64,000 nucleotides of DNA, from the NCBI GenBank assembly GCA_041740355.1, contig JBGSMD010000051.1, positions 128,001 to 192,000 of the forward strand, in the 5' to 3' direction. A program made the position numbers and the translations under genes. Shown in pieces: positions 10,212 to 20,682 of this stretch. Source of the stretch: Bdellovibrionota bacterium. GTDB lineage: Bacteria; Bdellovibrionota_C; UBA2361; CALJRW01. The notes under the pieces were generated by a model. It had not been told where the DNA came from and searched no databases. It saw only the letters and a program-made list of their open reading frames with translations. The first letter of the stretch is position 1. Each line of letters begins with the position of its first letter.

Positions 10212-11525
10212 ATGAACATGAAAAACTCTTCCTTCACTGATTACAAAGTTAAAAACATTGAACTAGCCGAAGTCGGCCGAAAAATGATCGAAATGTCAGA
10301 AAAAGAAATGCCAGGTCTAATGTCGCTTCGCGAGGAATTTGGCAAAGAGCAACCACTTAAAGGTGCCCGTATTTCTGGTTCTTTACACATGACAATTGAA
10401 ACAGCTGTTTTGATTGAAACTTTAGTTCAACTTGGTGCTGAAGTTCGCTGGGCAAGTTGCAATATTTTTTCAACTCAAGATGAAGCTGCTGCAGCAATCG
10501 CTGCTGCTGGTATTCCAGTATTTGCTTGGAAGGGAGAAACTGAAGCAGAATATGATTGGTGCATGGAACAAACGATTATGTTTGGTGACAAGGGTCCTAA
10601 CATGATTCTAGATGATGGTGGTGACCTAACAAAACTGATTCATGAGAAATATGCTCATCTATTAACTGAGATCAAAGGTGTATCGGAAGAAACAACAACT
10701 GGGGTTCTTCGTTTAAACCAAATGTTACAAAAGGGCTTGTTAAAAATCCCAGCATTTAACGTTAACGATTCTGTGACTAAATCTAAATTTGATAATCTAT
10801 ATGGTTGCCAAGAATCTTTAGCTGACGGAATCAAAAGAGCAACAGATGTAATGATAGCTGGTAAAGTTGTTGTTGTAGCGGGATATGGAGATGTTGGTAA
10901 AGGTTCAGCTCGTTCCATGAAGGCTTATGGTGCCAGAGTACTTGTAACTGAAATTGATCCAATCTGTGCGCTACAAGCTGCGATGGAAGGATTTGAAGTA
11001 GTTACAATGGAAACAGCAGCTCCTAAAGGTGATATCTTTGTGACGGCTACTGGGAATTTAAATGTAATTCAAGCTGCTCATTTTTTAGAAATGAAAGATC
11101 ATGCAATTCTTTGTAATATAGGTCACTTTGATAATGAAATTGACATGGCTTGGTTAGAGAAAAAGTCTGGTGCTAAAGAAATTAATATCAAACCTCAAGT
11201 TGATCGTTTCATTATGCCATCTGGAAAATCTTTAATTGTTCTTGCTCGTGGTCGTTTAGTTAACTTAGGTTGCGGAACTGGTCACCCAAGTTTTGTAATG
11301 TCTAGTTCTTTCACTAACCAAGTCTTGGCTCAGATCGAACTTTACAAAAATGCTGGGAAATATAAGATTGGAGTCTACACATTACCAAAACAGTTAGATG
11401 AAAAAGTTGCTCGACTACACCTTGGTAAACTTGGTGTTGAACTTACTAAATTAACTGCACAACAAGCTGAGTATATTGGTGCTTCAGTGGAAGGACCATT
11501 TAAGCCAGACCATTATCGTTATTAA
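10212..11525 (+). CDS. ahcY: Adenosylhomocysteinase
   Basis: [56 protein letters not shown]. Confidence 0.99.
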   Translation: MNMKNSSFTDYKVKNIELAEVGRKMIEMSEKEMPGLMSLREEFGKEQPLKGARISGSLHMTIETAVLIETLVQLGAEVRWASCNIFSTQDEAAAAIAAAGIPVFAWKGETEAEYDWCMEQTIMFGDKGPNMILDDGGDLTKLIHEKYAHLLTEIKGVSEETTTGVLRLNQMLQKGLLKIPAFNVNDSVTKSKFDNLYGCQESLADGIKRATDVMIAGKVVVVAGYGDVGKGSARSMKAYGARVLVTEIDPICALQAAMEGFEVVTMETAAPKGDIFVTATGNLNVIQAAHFLEMKDHAILCNIGHFDNEIDMAWLEKKSGAKEINIKPQVDRFIMPSGKSLIVLARGRLVNLGCGTGHPSFVMSSSFTNQVLAQIELYKNAGKYKIGVYTLPKQLDEKVARLHLGKLGVELTKLTAQQAEYIGASVEGPFKPDHYRY

Positions 11526-11535
11526 CATATAAGCA

Positions 11536-11563
11536 AATACGATCAGCTTAAGCTGATCGTATT
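11536..11563 (+). terminator. Perfect palindrome after ahcY, probable intrinsic terminator
   Basis: AATACGATCAGCTT/AAGCTGATCGTATT just after the stop codon; U-tract not immediately adjacent. Confidence 0.6.
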
Positions 11564-11593
11564 AAAAATTTTTTAAATACTGGAAATATTATC

Positions 11594-11707
11594 ATGGGAA
11601 AAGGTGATCCTAAAACAAAACGTGGAAAAATCTTTAAAGGTTCTAATGGCAATAGTCGTAAAAAGAAAACGACTAAAGTTGTTGTTCCTACAAAAACTAA
11701 AAAATAA
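11594..11707 (+). CDS. thx: 30S ribosomal protein bTHX (Thx family), 37 aa; missing from the ORF track
   Basis: MGKGDPKTKRGKIFKGSNGNSRKKK matches the MGKGDxxTxRGKIxxGxxG Thx signature. Confidence 0.9.
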   Translation: MGKGDPKTKRGKIFKGSNGNSRKKKTTKVVVPTKTKK

Positions 11708-11717
11708 CTAAACATCC

Positions 11718-12605
11718 ATGATCCGACTGTTCGCCATTCTTACAACTATTGTTGTAATTGCTAGCGATCTAGTCGCATGTCCTAGAATCGATCGCAAAAT
11801 GATCGATTTTAATTGTGACCAACAATACAAAGTTGCTGTCGTTGGTGATAGTATTGTCAAAGGAGTGGATGGTGATAGCTTGGACCCATTCTATGATGGT
11901 GATGGTGGCTACGTAGCAAGACTTGAAGCTCAAACCGGCTATACTTTTTCTAATATTGGTATTCGTGGTATTCGCAGTGATCAATTACTTCGAGATTTTA
12001 AACGTAATATCAATAAGAAACTAACTTCCAAGTTACTAAAAGATGCCGATATCGTCATTATTGATGTTGGGAGAAATGATTTCTGGAACTCCCCACTTGA
12101 GCAGATCACACTACCGACAGTCAGAAACATTAAAAGAATTGTTAGTTTTCTAAAAAAAGTCTACCAGAAAAGAGATTCTAAAGTTGTTCCCTATTTCATG
12201 GTAGCAACACTTATCCCCACAACTCGCACTAATATTCATGAATTAGATCTGCAATTATTTGTAGACGATCTAAATCAAAACTTGCGTCGTTTTAAATCAC
12301 GTGGCCTACCGGTAGAGTTATTTTTTGATGAAGAATTTGATATTAATATTTTGGGGGCGGATCTATTACACCCAAGTTCTACTGGATATCAAGAAATTGC
12401 TGATTTTCTTGAGACTGATTTACGAGGCCGAGTAAATAAAATCTTAAAATCTAAAAGAAAAGATTTAGATCGTGATAAAATCTATGATATCTTCGAAACT
12501 TGGTTTGGTATGGATCCAACTAATCCAGATACCAATGGAGATGGAATCCTTGATGGCAATGAAGTCTTCGTTCAATCTTTAGATGAAAGTGATAATTTTA
12601 AATAG
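11718..12605 (+). CDS. Secreted SGNH/GDSL hydrolase with C-terminal Ca-binding (TSP3-like) repeat
   Basis: [20 protein letters not shown]; [18 protein letters not shown]. Confidence 0.88.
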   Translation: MIRLFAILTTIVVIASDLVACPRIDRKMIDFNCDQQYKVAVVGDSIVKGVDGDSLDPFYDGDGGYVARLEAQTGYTFSNIGIRGIRSDQLLRDFKRNINKKLTSKLLKDADIVIIDVGRNDFWNSPLEQITLPTVRNIKRIVSFLKKVYQKRDSKVVPYFMVATLIPTTRTNIHELDLQLFVDDLNQNLRRFKSRGLPVELFFDEEFDINILGADLLHPSSTGYQEIADFLETDLRGRVNKILKSKRKDLDRDKIYDIFETWFGMDPTNPDTNGDGILDGNEVFVQSLDESDNFK

Positions 12606-12613
12606 GATATTTC

Positions 12614-13009
12614 ATGTCAATAATTAATGAGTTCAAAGAGTTCGCAATCAAAGGTAATATGGTTGATATGGCAGTTGGAATTATCATTGGCGGAGCCTTT
12701 GGTAAAATTGTTTCTTCACTAGTGAATGATTTGATCATGCCACCAGTGGGATTAATCATGGGAGGAACTGATTTTACAAACTTAAAGGTGACTCTTAAAG
12801 AAGCAATTGATAAAAGTCCTGCTGTTACTTTTAATTATGGTAGCTTTTTACAGACTTCCCTAGATTTTTTAATTTTAGCTTTCTGTATTTTTTTGATGAT
12901 TAAAGCGATTAATAAAATTAAAAAAGATGCTCCTGAGGCACCTATTGCCGGACCAACAGCTGAAGAAAAGTTATTAATAGAAATTCGCGATTTATTAAAG
13001 AAACAGTAA
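12614..13009 (+). CDS. mscL: Large-conductance mechanosensitive channel
   Basis: [28 protein letters not shown] ... [10 protein letters not shown]. Confidence 0.98.
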   Translation: MSIINEFKEFAIKGNMVDMAVGIIIGGAFGKIVSSLVNDLIMPPVGLIMGGTDFTNLKVTLKEAIDKSPAVTFNYGSFLQTSLDFLILAFCIFLMIKAINKIKKDAPEAPIAGPTAEEKLLIEIRDLLKKQ

Positions 13010-13060
13010 GGATAATAAGCTTTAATCTAACCAAATATAAAAGATTAAGTGTTGTCTTTA

Positions 13061-13116
13061 TATAGTTAAGTCCAAAAAGTAATTCCCAATGGAAATTATT
13101 TTTTGGATTTTCTATA
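13061..13116. mobile_element. TATAG-ended palindromic MITE, module A
   Basis: TATAGTTAAGTCCAAAAAGTAATTCCC..GGAAATTATTTTTTGGATTTTCTATA; near-identical to 25434-25489. Confidence 0.65.
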
Positions 13117-13140
13117 TTTAGCGGCTTTATAAAATAGGGC

Positions 13141-13207
13141 TTCCACCTTCGCTAAAGCTTCGGCGGACAAGAAAGCTTCGGCGGATATGAAAGTTACGGC
13201 GGGCAAG
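13141..13207. repeat. REP-like element with three 18-bp tandem units
   Basis: AAAGCTTCGGCGGACAAG / AAAGCTTCGGCGGATATG / AAAGTTACGGCGGGCAAG; inverted copy at 24266-24299. Confidence 0.75.
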
Positions 13208-13223
13208 TATCAAGTTTAAATGC

Positions 13224-13937
13224 CTACTTAAGTAATCCTCTTAGGAAATAAAAAGCATGCTTGGGGCTAAGCTTAGATTTACCATTTGTCCGAAATGAAA
13301 ACTGATATTGAATCTCCTGATAACTTGTATCCTTTGGAAATATCTTTAATAAATCAAAAAAGACCTTGTAACCCAGGGGTTCAAAACGTAGTTCGTGTTC
13401 TTTAATTAACTTTTGACAATCTTGTGAATTAGATAAAAAGAAACCAGACATCGGATCACTAACTATTAATCCTTTCACAATTTTTAAATATAATTTTGCC
13501 AATAGTGTTGCCGATTTTGTAATAACAATCCTGTGCCACCCTTGATTTTCTTGATAAGGTTTTCTGACCCCTGCTACAATTTTAGTACCATTTCTTGCTA
13601 GATCATATAAATCTTTAATTAAAAGTGGTGGATGCTGTAAGTCAGCATCGATAACTAGAAAATACTTTGTTTCTGCTTCTTGGATTGCTTCCATCACACT
13701 GGCAGTCAGACCTTTCACAGGCTTTGCGGAACGATCCAGTAACTTGATTTTAGGATTTTTAATAATCCAATCACGAACAATCTCAGCAGTGCGATCTTTA
13801 CTACCATCATCAGCAATAATAATACTTGCGCCTGTGTAGATCTCGGTCAAAACTCGTAATAACTCAGGAATATTTTGTTCCTCATTCAGCGTTGGAGAAA
13901 TAATTGTTAAATCAGAAAAGTCTTTTTGTTCAGTCAT
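13224..13937 (-). CDS. GT2 glycosyltransferase (polyprenol-monophosphomannose synthase-like)
   Basis: PTLNEEQNI, DDGSKD, IDADLQHPP, SDPMSGFF, GKSKL. Confidence 0.92.
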   Translation of the reverse strand: MTEQKDFSDLTIISPTLNEEQNIPELLRVLTEIYTGASIIIADDGSKDRTAEIVRDWIIKNPKIKLLDRSAKPVKGLTASVMEAIQEAETKYFLVIDADLQHPPLLIKDLYDLARNGTKIVAGVRKPYQENQGWHRIVITKSATLLAKLYLKIVKGLIVSDPMSGFFLSNSQDCQKLIKEHELRFEPLGYKVFFDLLKIFPKDTSYQEIQYQFSFRTNGKSKLSPKHAFYFLRGLLK

Positions 13938-14881
13938 TTAGCCAGTTTTAAATTCTCACGAATACGATCATGAATTGGACGAGAATCTACTGCTAATTCA
14001 CGACCCATTAAGCGTGCAAAGGAACTTAAATATAAATTAGCGACAGATTTTCGATACTCATCGCTTATTGTTGGAACAGGACCCTCTCCATTAAAACCCT
14101 GTTGCAATAACCATGCACGCACATTTTGCTTATCCAACATTATGGGGCTGCTTCCCGAAGCAAAAGCTTCCTCGTAAGAAGACTCCTCCCAATAGCGCGA
14201 AGAATCAAGGGTATGAATTTCATCAGCAAGGATTAACTTCCCCTGATAAATTCCAAATTCATACTTTGTATCAACTAAAATTAAACCTTTTTTCTTAGCA
14301 ATTTGCTGACCTCGCTGAAACAAAGCAATTGCTTTCTCGCGTAATTCTTGCCACAAGGCAACAGGCACTAAACCTGTTCTAATAATTTCCTTTTCTGAGA
14401 TTGGGAGATCATGATCTCCTTGTGGTGCTTTAGTCGATGGGGTAATCAAAGGTTCGGCGAACTTGGAGAATGCCTTTAAGCCAACAGGTAATTTAACCCC
14501 TGAAATCTCCCTTCCAGCTTGATAATCAAGAATTGCACTACCTGCAAGGTAACCACGAACTACTACTTCAACAGGAACCATTTGCGCTTGTTTAACAAGC
14601 ATTACGTTTGGATCCGGATGATCAATAAGGTGATTTTCAATAATATCAGCGGTCAATTTAAAATTCTCCATGGCCATTTCTGTGATAACCTGACCTTTAA
14701 ATGGAATTGTAGTAAGAATTCGATCAAAAGCGCTAAGTCGATCAGTAGTAATTAAATAGCTTACATCCTTGGAAAAATAACAATCTCTTACTTTACCCAC
14801 ATACTTATCACCAAGTCGTGAATAGTCTGTTTCAACCAGAACATTATTTAAATTTTCAGTAATCAACTTATCATATTTCAT
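13934..14881 (-). CDS. purC: SAICAR synthase
   Basis: GKVRD, TDRLSAFD, EVVVRGYLAGS, LVDTKYEFG, DEIHTLDSSRYW. Confidence 0.97.
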   Translation of the reverse strand: MKYDKLITENLNNVLVETDYSRLGDKYVGKVRDCYFSKDVSYLITTDRLSAFDRILTTIPFKGQVITEMAMENFKLTADIIENHLIDHPDPNVMLVKQAQMVPVEVVVRGYLAGSAILDYQAGREISGVKLPVGLKAFSKFAEPLITPSTKAPQGDHDLPISEKEIIRTGLVPVALWQELREKAIALFQRGQQIAKKKGLILVDTKYEFGIYQGKLILADEIHTLDSSRYWEESSYEEAFASGSSPIMLDKQNVRAWLLQQGFNGEGPVPTISDEYRKSVANLYLSSFARLMGRELAVDSRPIHDRIRENLKLAK

Positions 14882-15962
14882 GTTTTGTCTTTTTTGGTTT
14901 CTTTCTGTTATGTAGTTGCTTGATCAATTTTAAATTCCACTCCGCTATCTGCAGCGCCCGATAAGGAAAATTAAGTGGATTTTTAATCGTTTTTAAACTA
15001 CTAATGGCTCTAAACTTTTTCGGTATTTTTTTTCTCCATTTCTTGGCATTATAAAGAACTTTCAAATATTTTAATAATCCAACATTATTATTGATAGCAG
15101 CTGCTAGCTCAGGATGTTCTGCTTTTCGGACATAAAACGCCGCTCGGCGATACTCTTTTAATATACATTTGAAACTAGCATCCTGCCAAGCCTCAGAGTT
15201 ATTCAACATTTTTAAAAAAAGATAATTCGCTAACTTGAAACGTAAATAAGCTAGATGAATAGAAGATCTCCAGACCTGCGAGACTGCTCCAATTGACCTT
15301 AAATTTAATTCAGTTGGTTTACTAATTGCCGCCAGAAGTCCTGCTGTAAAATCAACTGTAGCCTGATGCGGCTTACGAAAGACCCTGATCATTGGAACAT
15401 CACTGACCAATTTTAAACCTAAATTCAGCTCCGCAGTTAATGCTAAATCGTTTAAATTTATACTATAGGGTGGGGCAATTAAAAGATTTAGTTGATTTGA
15501 ATTTCCCCAGACAATGATTCTTGCTTTTTCTTTCTTACTTAAAAGCTTTTGGGCTTCCTGATAACTACTAACTGAGTAATTTAGTTTATAGATTTTGACA
15601 TTTGAATCTTTTGGCCAAGCAAGATTTAGATCCTGTAAAAACTTACGACTTTCTTTGCCATGTAAGTCATCAGCAAAATTGGCTAAGTAAAACTGAGCCT
15701 CAAATAAATCGGGTTTTTTACTAACGATTACAAACCAAGTAATAGTAATTAATAAGGTTAAAATTATCAAGCCAGTATGCATTTTTTGATTGTTAACTTT
15801 AAGCTTTAAAGACAGAGTAATAACTAATATTGCACAGACTAACTGAGCTATTCCTGGTGCAATTAACTGCTGAGTAATAAGCAGTTGATAGCAGACGCCT
15901 AAAAGTAGAACTAAAAATAAATATAATTTGAGTTTCATTGAAGGGGACAGTGCACTGAGCAA
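14871..15962 (-). CDS. Hypothetical membrane protein, helical C-terminus
   Basis: Long ORF, three N-terminal hydrophobic segments, overlaps the purC start. Confidence 0.75.
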   Translation of the reverse strand: MLSALSPSMKLKLYLFLVLLLGVCYQLLITQQLIAPGIAQLVCAILVITLSLKLKVNNQKMHTGLIILTLLITITWFVIVSKKPDLFEAQFYLANFADDLHGKESRKFLQDLNLAWPKDSNVKIYKLNYSVSSYQEAQKLLSKKEKARIIVWGNSNQLNLLIAPPYSINLNDLALTAELNLGLKLVSDVPMIRVFRKPHQATVDFTAGLLAAISKPTELNLRSIGAVSQVWRSSIHLAYLRFKLANYLFLKMLNNSEAWQDASFKCILKEYRRAAFYVRKAEHPELAAAINNNVGLLKYLKVLYNAKKWRKKIPKKFRAISSLKTIKNPLNFPYRALQIAEWNLKLIKQLHNRKKPKKTKHEI

Positions 15963-16250
15963 AAGTTTTACAAAATCAACAGGGATTCAAAAAATCATTG
16001 CCAGAATAATTTTTAGTTGACTATAAATTATCTTAGCCTTTTCTAAAGAGATTGTCACAGTCTGAGCCTTCCTTAAGATCATTTTTATTTGTAGATTTTT
16101 AAGCTCTCAAAGGACTACTCTGGGAGTATTAACTCTACCTAAATAGATCCTCCAAATAAAGATAAAGTAAGGACAAATTAAACTTAATCTGCTATTTATT
16201 ACCCATTGTTTTTTGGCTTGGGTAGCTTATTTACAACGCCTATTAATATT

Positions 16251-16452
16251 TAGTTTCCCAGAGACTTGCAAGTCGGAGCAAACCTCTAAGGAGTTTGAGA
16301 ACATTAAATGTATTTAGCTTTCAAAAGGTCAATACCGGAGGCCACAAAAACGGGTAGTTCCTGTCTGTTTGTTAACGACTACCTGCTTATAGTATAACGG
16401 ATTTGAATTTCATGTTAAGATTCATACCTCTTAAAAGGCTAACTTGGGGCTA
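16251..16452 (+). ncRNA. Candidate 6S RNA-like rod structure
   Basis: About 200 nt; ends can pair (TAGTTTCCCAG/CTTGGGGCTA), apical stem CGGGTAGTT/GACTACCTG with G-U pairs, A/U-rich middle; folded by eye only. Confidence 0.4.
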
Positions 16453-16505
16453 TTTTGATTAACCAGAACAGAATTTTTAATTGGCAAGTTTTAGTAACAA
16501 ATTAA

Positions 16506-17021
16506 ATGAGTACTCTTAAATTAGAATTTTATCCATCGCCGATTCTGCGTGAGAAGAATCTGGAGATTACTAAGATCACCCCACAAATTAAGAAACTAAT
16601 TACCAACATGATTCAAACGATGTATTACGAAGAAGGAGTTGGTCTAGCTGCACCACAAGTTGGTGTAAATTTACAACTAGCAGTTATTGATGTCTCTGAA
16701 AAACAAGCCTCTCCAATCGTCTTGATTAACCCCAAGATTATTCATACTCAAAATAAAATTAAGTCGGAGGAAGGCTGTTTAAGTATTCCTGGATATCGTG
16801 AGACAATTCCTCGCTTTCAAATTGTAAAGGTAAGTGCCCTGGATCAAGATCTTAAACCATTTGAAATCGAAGCTGATGGACTGTTAGCAAGATGTCTGCA
16901 ACATGAAATTGATCACTTACAGGGCGTACTTTTTATTGATCACCTCGGGCGACTAAAAAAGAAAATGTTTGAGAAATGGCTGCAAAACTATGATCCAGAT
17001 GCAGAAGATGAAAATGAATAA
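16506..17021 (+). CDS. def: Peptide deformylase
   Basis: GVGLAAPQVG, EGCLSIP, QHEIDHL. Confidence 0.98.
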   Translation: MSTLKLEFYPSPILREKNLEITKITPQIKKLITNMIQTMYYEEGVGLAAPQVGVNLQLAVIDVSEKQASPIVLINPKIIHTQNKIKSEEGCLSIPGYRETIPRFQIVKVSALDQDLKPFEIEADGLLARCLQHEIDHLQGVLFIDHLGRLKKKMFEKWLQNYDPDAEDENE

Positions 17022-17967
17022 TAAACCCCGAATCATTTTTTATGGAACTCCAGCCTTCTCGGTTCCAACACTTGAGCAGTTAATTAATAATTCTGCTTGG
17101 GAAATAGTTGCAGTTATTACTCAACCAGATCGCCCTAGTGGTCGCGGAAAAAAACTTCAACATTCACCAATTAAAGACTTAGCCTTAAAACATAATTTGC
17201 CAGTCTTACAACCGGAAAATATTAAGCGCGAGATAGCTGAATTTTTATCTGAGCTACAAATGCTGGCTCCAATTGACCTTGCTGTCGTCCTTGCTTTTGG
17301 CCAGATCATCCCTTTAAGCGTTTTAGAATTTCCCAAAAATGGCTCAGTAAATGTTCATGCTTCACTGCTTCCTAGATGGCGAGGAGCTGCTCCAATTCAT
17401 CGTGCAATCGAAGCCGGTGATTCCGAAACAGGTGTATGTTTAATGAAAATGGAAGCAGGATTAGATACTGGACCAGTCTATTCCTCCAGAACTATTCCAA
17501 TCAAAACTAATGAAACTACCGGTACTCTGCACGATCGCTTAGCAAGATTATCGGCAGAGATAATCAAAGCTGATTTGCTTAAAATTATAAATCAAGAATT
17601 AAGTCTAACTCCCCAGAATTCCAACTTGGCTACTTATGCCAAAAAAATATCTAGAGCAGAAGAAAAAATTAACTGGAACCAGTCAGCAAAAACTATTCAC
17701 AATAAAATTCGCGCCTTCAGTCCTTTCCCTGGTGCGTACACTTCATATCAAGATAAAATTCTTAAAATCTTAGATTCTGAAGTTCGCACTGAGCCACATC
17801 AACATACAGCTGGGCAGATTATCTACGTTGATAAAACTACTTTAGAAATTGCTTGCCAAAATAGTAGTTTAATTATTAAAAGTATTAAAGCCGAAGGTAA
17901 GCGAATTATGACAACTCAAGAATACTTACAAGGAAATAATTTCCAGACAGGAGAACAATTTAAATGA
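17014..17967 (+). CDS. fmt: Methionyl-tRNA formyltransferase
   Basis: IFYGTPAF, TQPDRPSGRG, NVHASLLPRWRGAAPI, GLDTGP; ATG 17014 overlaps the def end. Confidence 0.97.
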   Translation: MNNKPRIIFYGTPAFSVPTLEQLINNSAWEIVAVITQPDRPSGRGKKLQHSPIKDLALKHNLPVLQPENIKREIAEFLSELQMLAPIDLAVVLAFGQIIPLSVLEFPKNGSVNVHASLLPRWRGAAPIHRAIEAGDSETGVCLMKMEAGLDTGPVYSSRTIPIKTNETTGTLHDRLARLSAEIIKADLLKIINQELSLTPQNSNLATYAKKISRAEEKINWNQSAKTIHNKIRAFSPFPGAYTSYQDKILKILDSEVRTEPHQHTAGQIIYVDKTTLEIACQNSSLIIKSIKAEGKRIMTTQEYLQGNNFQTGEQFK

Positions 17968-18617
17968 ATAAGATTATAATTGCCCCATCTATTTTGGCTG
18001 CAAACTTAGGAAACTTATCTCATGACTTAGAACTGATCAACCAATCTCAGGCAGCTTGGATCCACATTGATGTGATGGACGGATCATTTGTGCCTCCAAT
18101 TACTTTTGGAGACAATGTTGTTTCAGTCTGTAAAAAATATTCCCAAAAGTTTCTAGATGTTCACCTAATGATCGACCATCCCGAAAATCATTTTCAGGAA
18201 TTTATTAAAGCAGGAGCAGCAGGTATTACTTTTCATTTAGAAGCAACTAAGCAGGCAAGCAGATTGCTACAATCTTTAAAAGAACAAGGAGTCCAAGCAG
18301 GCCTAGCAATCAAACCAAATACACCATTCGAGTTATTTCAAGATTTAATTCCAGAACTAGATCTGCTTTTAATTATGACCGTTGAGCCTGGCTATGGTGG
18401 ACAGGCATTTATGCCCGAGATGATTAATAAAATTAAGCTCGCTGCAGAGTATATCAACACTAAAAAGCTCCCTACTAAAATACAAGTGGATGGTGGAATT
18501 AATTTAGAAACCGGCAAAAAATGTTGGCAAGCAGGAGCAGAAATATTAGTTGCTGGATCTTATGTTTTCAATCATGATAATCCAGTATTGCAAATTGATT
18601 CTTTACTCTTTTCATAA
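17964..18617 (+). CDS. rpe: Ribulose-phosphate 3-epimerase
   Basis: IAPSIL, HIDVMDG, DVHLMI, MTVEPGYGGQ, VDGGI. Confidence 0.98.
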   Translation: MNKIIIAPSILAANLGNLSHDLELINQSQAAWIHIDVMDGSFVPPITFGDNVVSVCKKYSQKFLDVHLMIDHPENHFQEFIKAGAAGITFHLEATKQASRLLQSLKEQGVQAGLAIKPNTPFELFQDLIPELDLLLIMTVEPGYGGQAFMPEMINKIKLAAEYINTKKLPTKIQVDGGINLETGKKCWQAGAEILVAGSYVFNHDNPVLQIDSLLFS

Positions 18618-19205
18618 ATGACCACACTTCTTATTCTAATTTGTGCCTATTTAATCGGATGTTTTCCCACAGGACTAATAGTTGCTAAGTCTCAAGGAAT
18701 TGATATTACAAAAATTGGCAGTGGAAATGTTGGCGCTACTAATATTGCTCGTAACATTGGTAAGAAAGCTGGCTTAATTACCTTAGTGGTTGATTTACTA
18801 AAAGGCCTCCTTCCCGTCTTAGTCGTTACCAACATTGAGTCACTAAATAACATCAACAGTCTGGTTGCAATCATGACAGTCCTCGGACACTGTTTCTCCC
18901 TGCCAAAATTTTTAAAGGGTGGTAAAGGTGTGGCAACTGGACTGGGGGCAATCTTAGGATTATCACCGCTACTTGGAATTAGTGCTCTGATTATTTTTGG
19001 GGTTATTTTTAAACTAAAACGAATTGTATCTTTAGCTTCGCTTATCGCCGTTGCTGCCGTCCCTTTTCTTGGGGTAATACTGACAGCTAACTGGGACTTT
19101 GGAACTCACCTGCTAATCATCAGCTTGGTTATTGCCTACAAACATCGTGAAAATATTCAGCGTTTACTATCTGGCGAGGAACAAGTCTTTACGAGCAAGA
19201 GCTAA
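18618..19205 (+). CDS. plsY: Glycerol-3-phosphate acyltransferase
   Basis: GSGNVGATN, DLLKG, KGGKGVAT, HRENIQRL. Confidence 0.97.
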   Translation: MTTLLILICAYLIGCFPTGLIVAKSQGIDITKIGSGNVGATNIARNIGKKAGLITLVVDLLKGLLPVLVVTNIESLNNINSLVAIMTVLGHCFSLPKFLKGGKGVATGLGAILGLSPLLGISALIIFGVIFKLKRIVSLASLIAVAAVPFLGVILTANWDFGTHLLIISLVIAYKHRENIQRLLSGEEQVFTSKS

Positions 19206-19450
19206 GTAAAAATTTATAAAATTACATTTTACGTAGCAACTTTATCAATATCTTTGTAACCAATAAATTTTCTATAATGACCACTGCTTACTTGTAACTA
19301 CTTGATACTATTAAAGATAATACTAATTGTTAAATATCGCTAAAAGTTGATCCGGCACTAGGTAAGCAATAAACAGAACCCCTTAAAGTTGACTAATTCA
19401 GCTAGATAACTTATTACTAACGACCTAAAATTACTTTACATTTTTTTATT

Positions 19451-20050
19451 ATGAGTTACAGAGGCCCAAAAGTTAAATTATCCCGCAAGCTAGGAATTGC
19501 ACTGACAGATAAAGCTGCAGTAGTAATGAACAAACGCCCAAATCCACCAGGACAACATGGTGCCAAAAGAAGAAAGGCACAGTCAGAATTTGGTAAGCAG
19601 TTACTTGAAAAGCAACGTTTAAAGTTTCAATATAATATTAGTGAAAGACAATTAAGAAAATATTGTGACGATGCTATCAAAAGTAAAGGAAATAGTTCTG
19701 AACTTCTAATCAATACTTTAGAGTCTCGCTTAGATGCAATGATCTATCGTTCTGGTTACTGTCCAACAATTTTTGCTGCTCGCCAGTTCGTTGTTCACGG
19801 ACACGTTATGGTTAATGGCAAAAAAGTAGATATTCCTTCTTTCTTAGTTAAGACTACTGACATTGTTGCAGTTAAAGAAAAGAGCCAACAACTTCCGATG
19901 GTTCAGGTTGCAGTTCATAAAACAATTGTTCCTCCATACATCGAGCAAGACAAAAGTGCTTACACATGTAAGTTCATGCGTTCGCCTGAAAGACAAGAAG
20001 TTCCAATCATCTGTGAATTACAGCGCGTTGTGGAATTCTATTCTAGATAA
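19451..20050 (+). CDS. rpsD: 30S ribosomal protein S4
   Basis: PPGQHG, LLEKQRLKFQY, LESRLD, ARQFVVHGH, VVEFYSR. Confidence 0.98.
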   Translation: MSYRGPKVKLSRKLGIALTDKAAVVMNKRPNPPGQHGAKRRKAQSEFGKQLLEKQRLKFQYNISERQLRKYCDDAIKSKGNSSELLINTLESRLDAMIYRSGYCPTIFAARQFVVHGHVMVNGKKVDIPSFLVKTTDIVAVKEKSQQLPMVQVAVHKTIVPPYIEQDKSAYTCKFMRSPERQEVPIICELQRVVEFYSR

Positions 20051-20071
20051 CTTCTTAGATAGAACAAAAAG

Positions 20072-20109
20072 AAAAACCAGATTAAGTTAATACTTAATCT
20101 GGTTTTTTT
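20072..20109. terminator. Bidirectional intrinsic terminator between rpsD and the pilin gene
   Basis: AAAAACCAGATTAAGT-taat-ACTTAATCTGGTTTTT. Confidence 0.85.
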
Positions 20110-20163
20110 GTATCTACTAATTCCTAAAAAAATTGATACTTAGAAAATCTAACCACTCAATTT

Positions 20164-20649
20164 CTATGAGCAAGATCCCCAGCTCAACCAAGCATCAGAA
20201 TAACCCCCTGTGTTAGCTTGTATTACGTAGGTTCCAGACACTCGACAATCCTTTACCCCAAGATAAATTTGATAGCCAGCTCCAAAACCACCATTTTTGG
20301 TGATTGATAAAAAATAACGAAGCCTATTTGGGTCGGTGTTATTAAGAAGGGATGGCATATAAAATCCCAAACCATTATGAGTAGCTGAATAATTTGTTTT
20401 ATTTTCTGTCATTACAGTTGCAGAAATAGACATAGAGGCTGAATAACCGTGTGCTAGTGAAGACGAACCTATTGGGATATCATCTACTATTGCATTGGCC
20501 GCTGTCAAAATGTTCTTTGACGTTGTGATAACATTTGCTTTATAAGCAGCTTTTCGAAACTCCTCAAATACTTGGACAGACAAACTAGCTAAAATACCTA
20601 CGACTACAATAATTACTAATAGTTCAACTAGGGTAAATCCCTTGTTCAT
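20164..20649 (-). CDS. Type IV pilin / pseudopilin-like protein
   Basis: MNKG|FTLVELLVIIVVVGILA prepilin motif; C-terminal Cys pair. Confidence 0.88.
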   Translation of the reverse strand: MNKGFTLVELLVIIVVVGILASLSVQVFEEFRKAAYKANVITTSKNILTAANAIVDDIPIGSSSLAHGYSASMSISATVMTENKTNYSATHNGLGFYMPSLLNNTDPNRLRYFLSITKNGGFGAGYQIYLGVKDCRVSGTYVIQANTGGYSDAWLSWGSCS

Positions 20650-20682
20650 TTTAGCTTTAAATAAAATAATAATTAACAAGAC

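Noticed and set aside
13154-13207. Tandem 18-bp units as a CRISPR array
   Set aside because: No spacers, only three units, no cas genes
15989-16082. 31-codon minus-strand ORF upstream of the purC operon as a leader peptide
   Set aside because: No regulatory codon run, RBS or attenuator structure
16270-16350. c-di-GMP-I riboswitch
   Set aside because: GCAAACC and GCCTCCGG fragments lie on opposite strands; consensus cannot be completed
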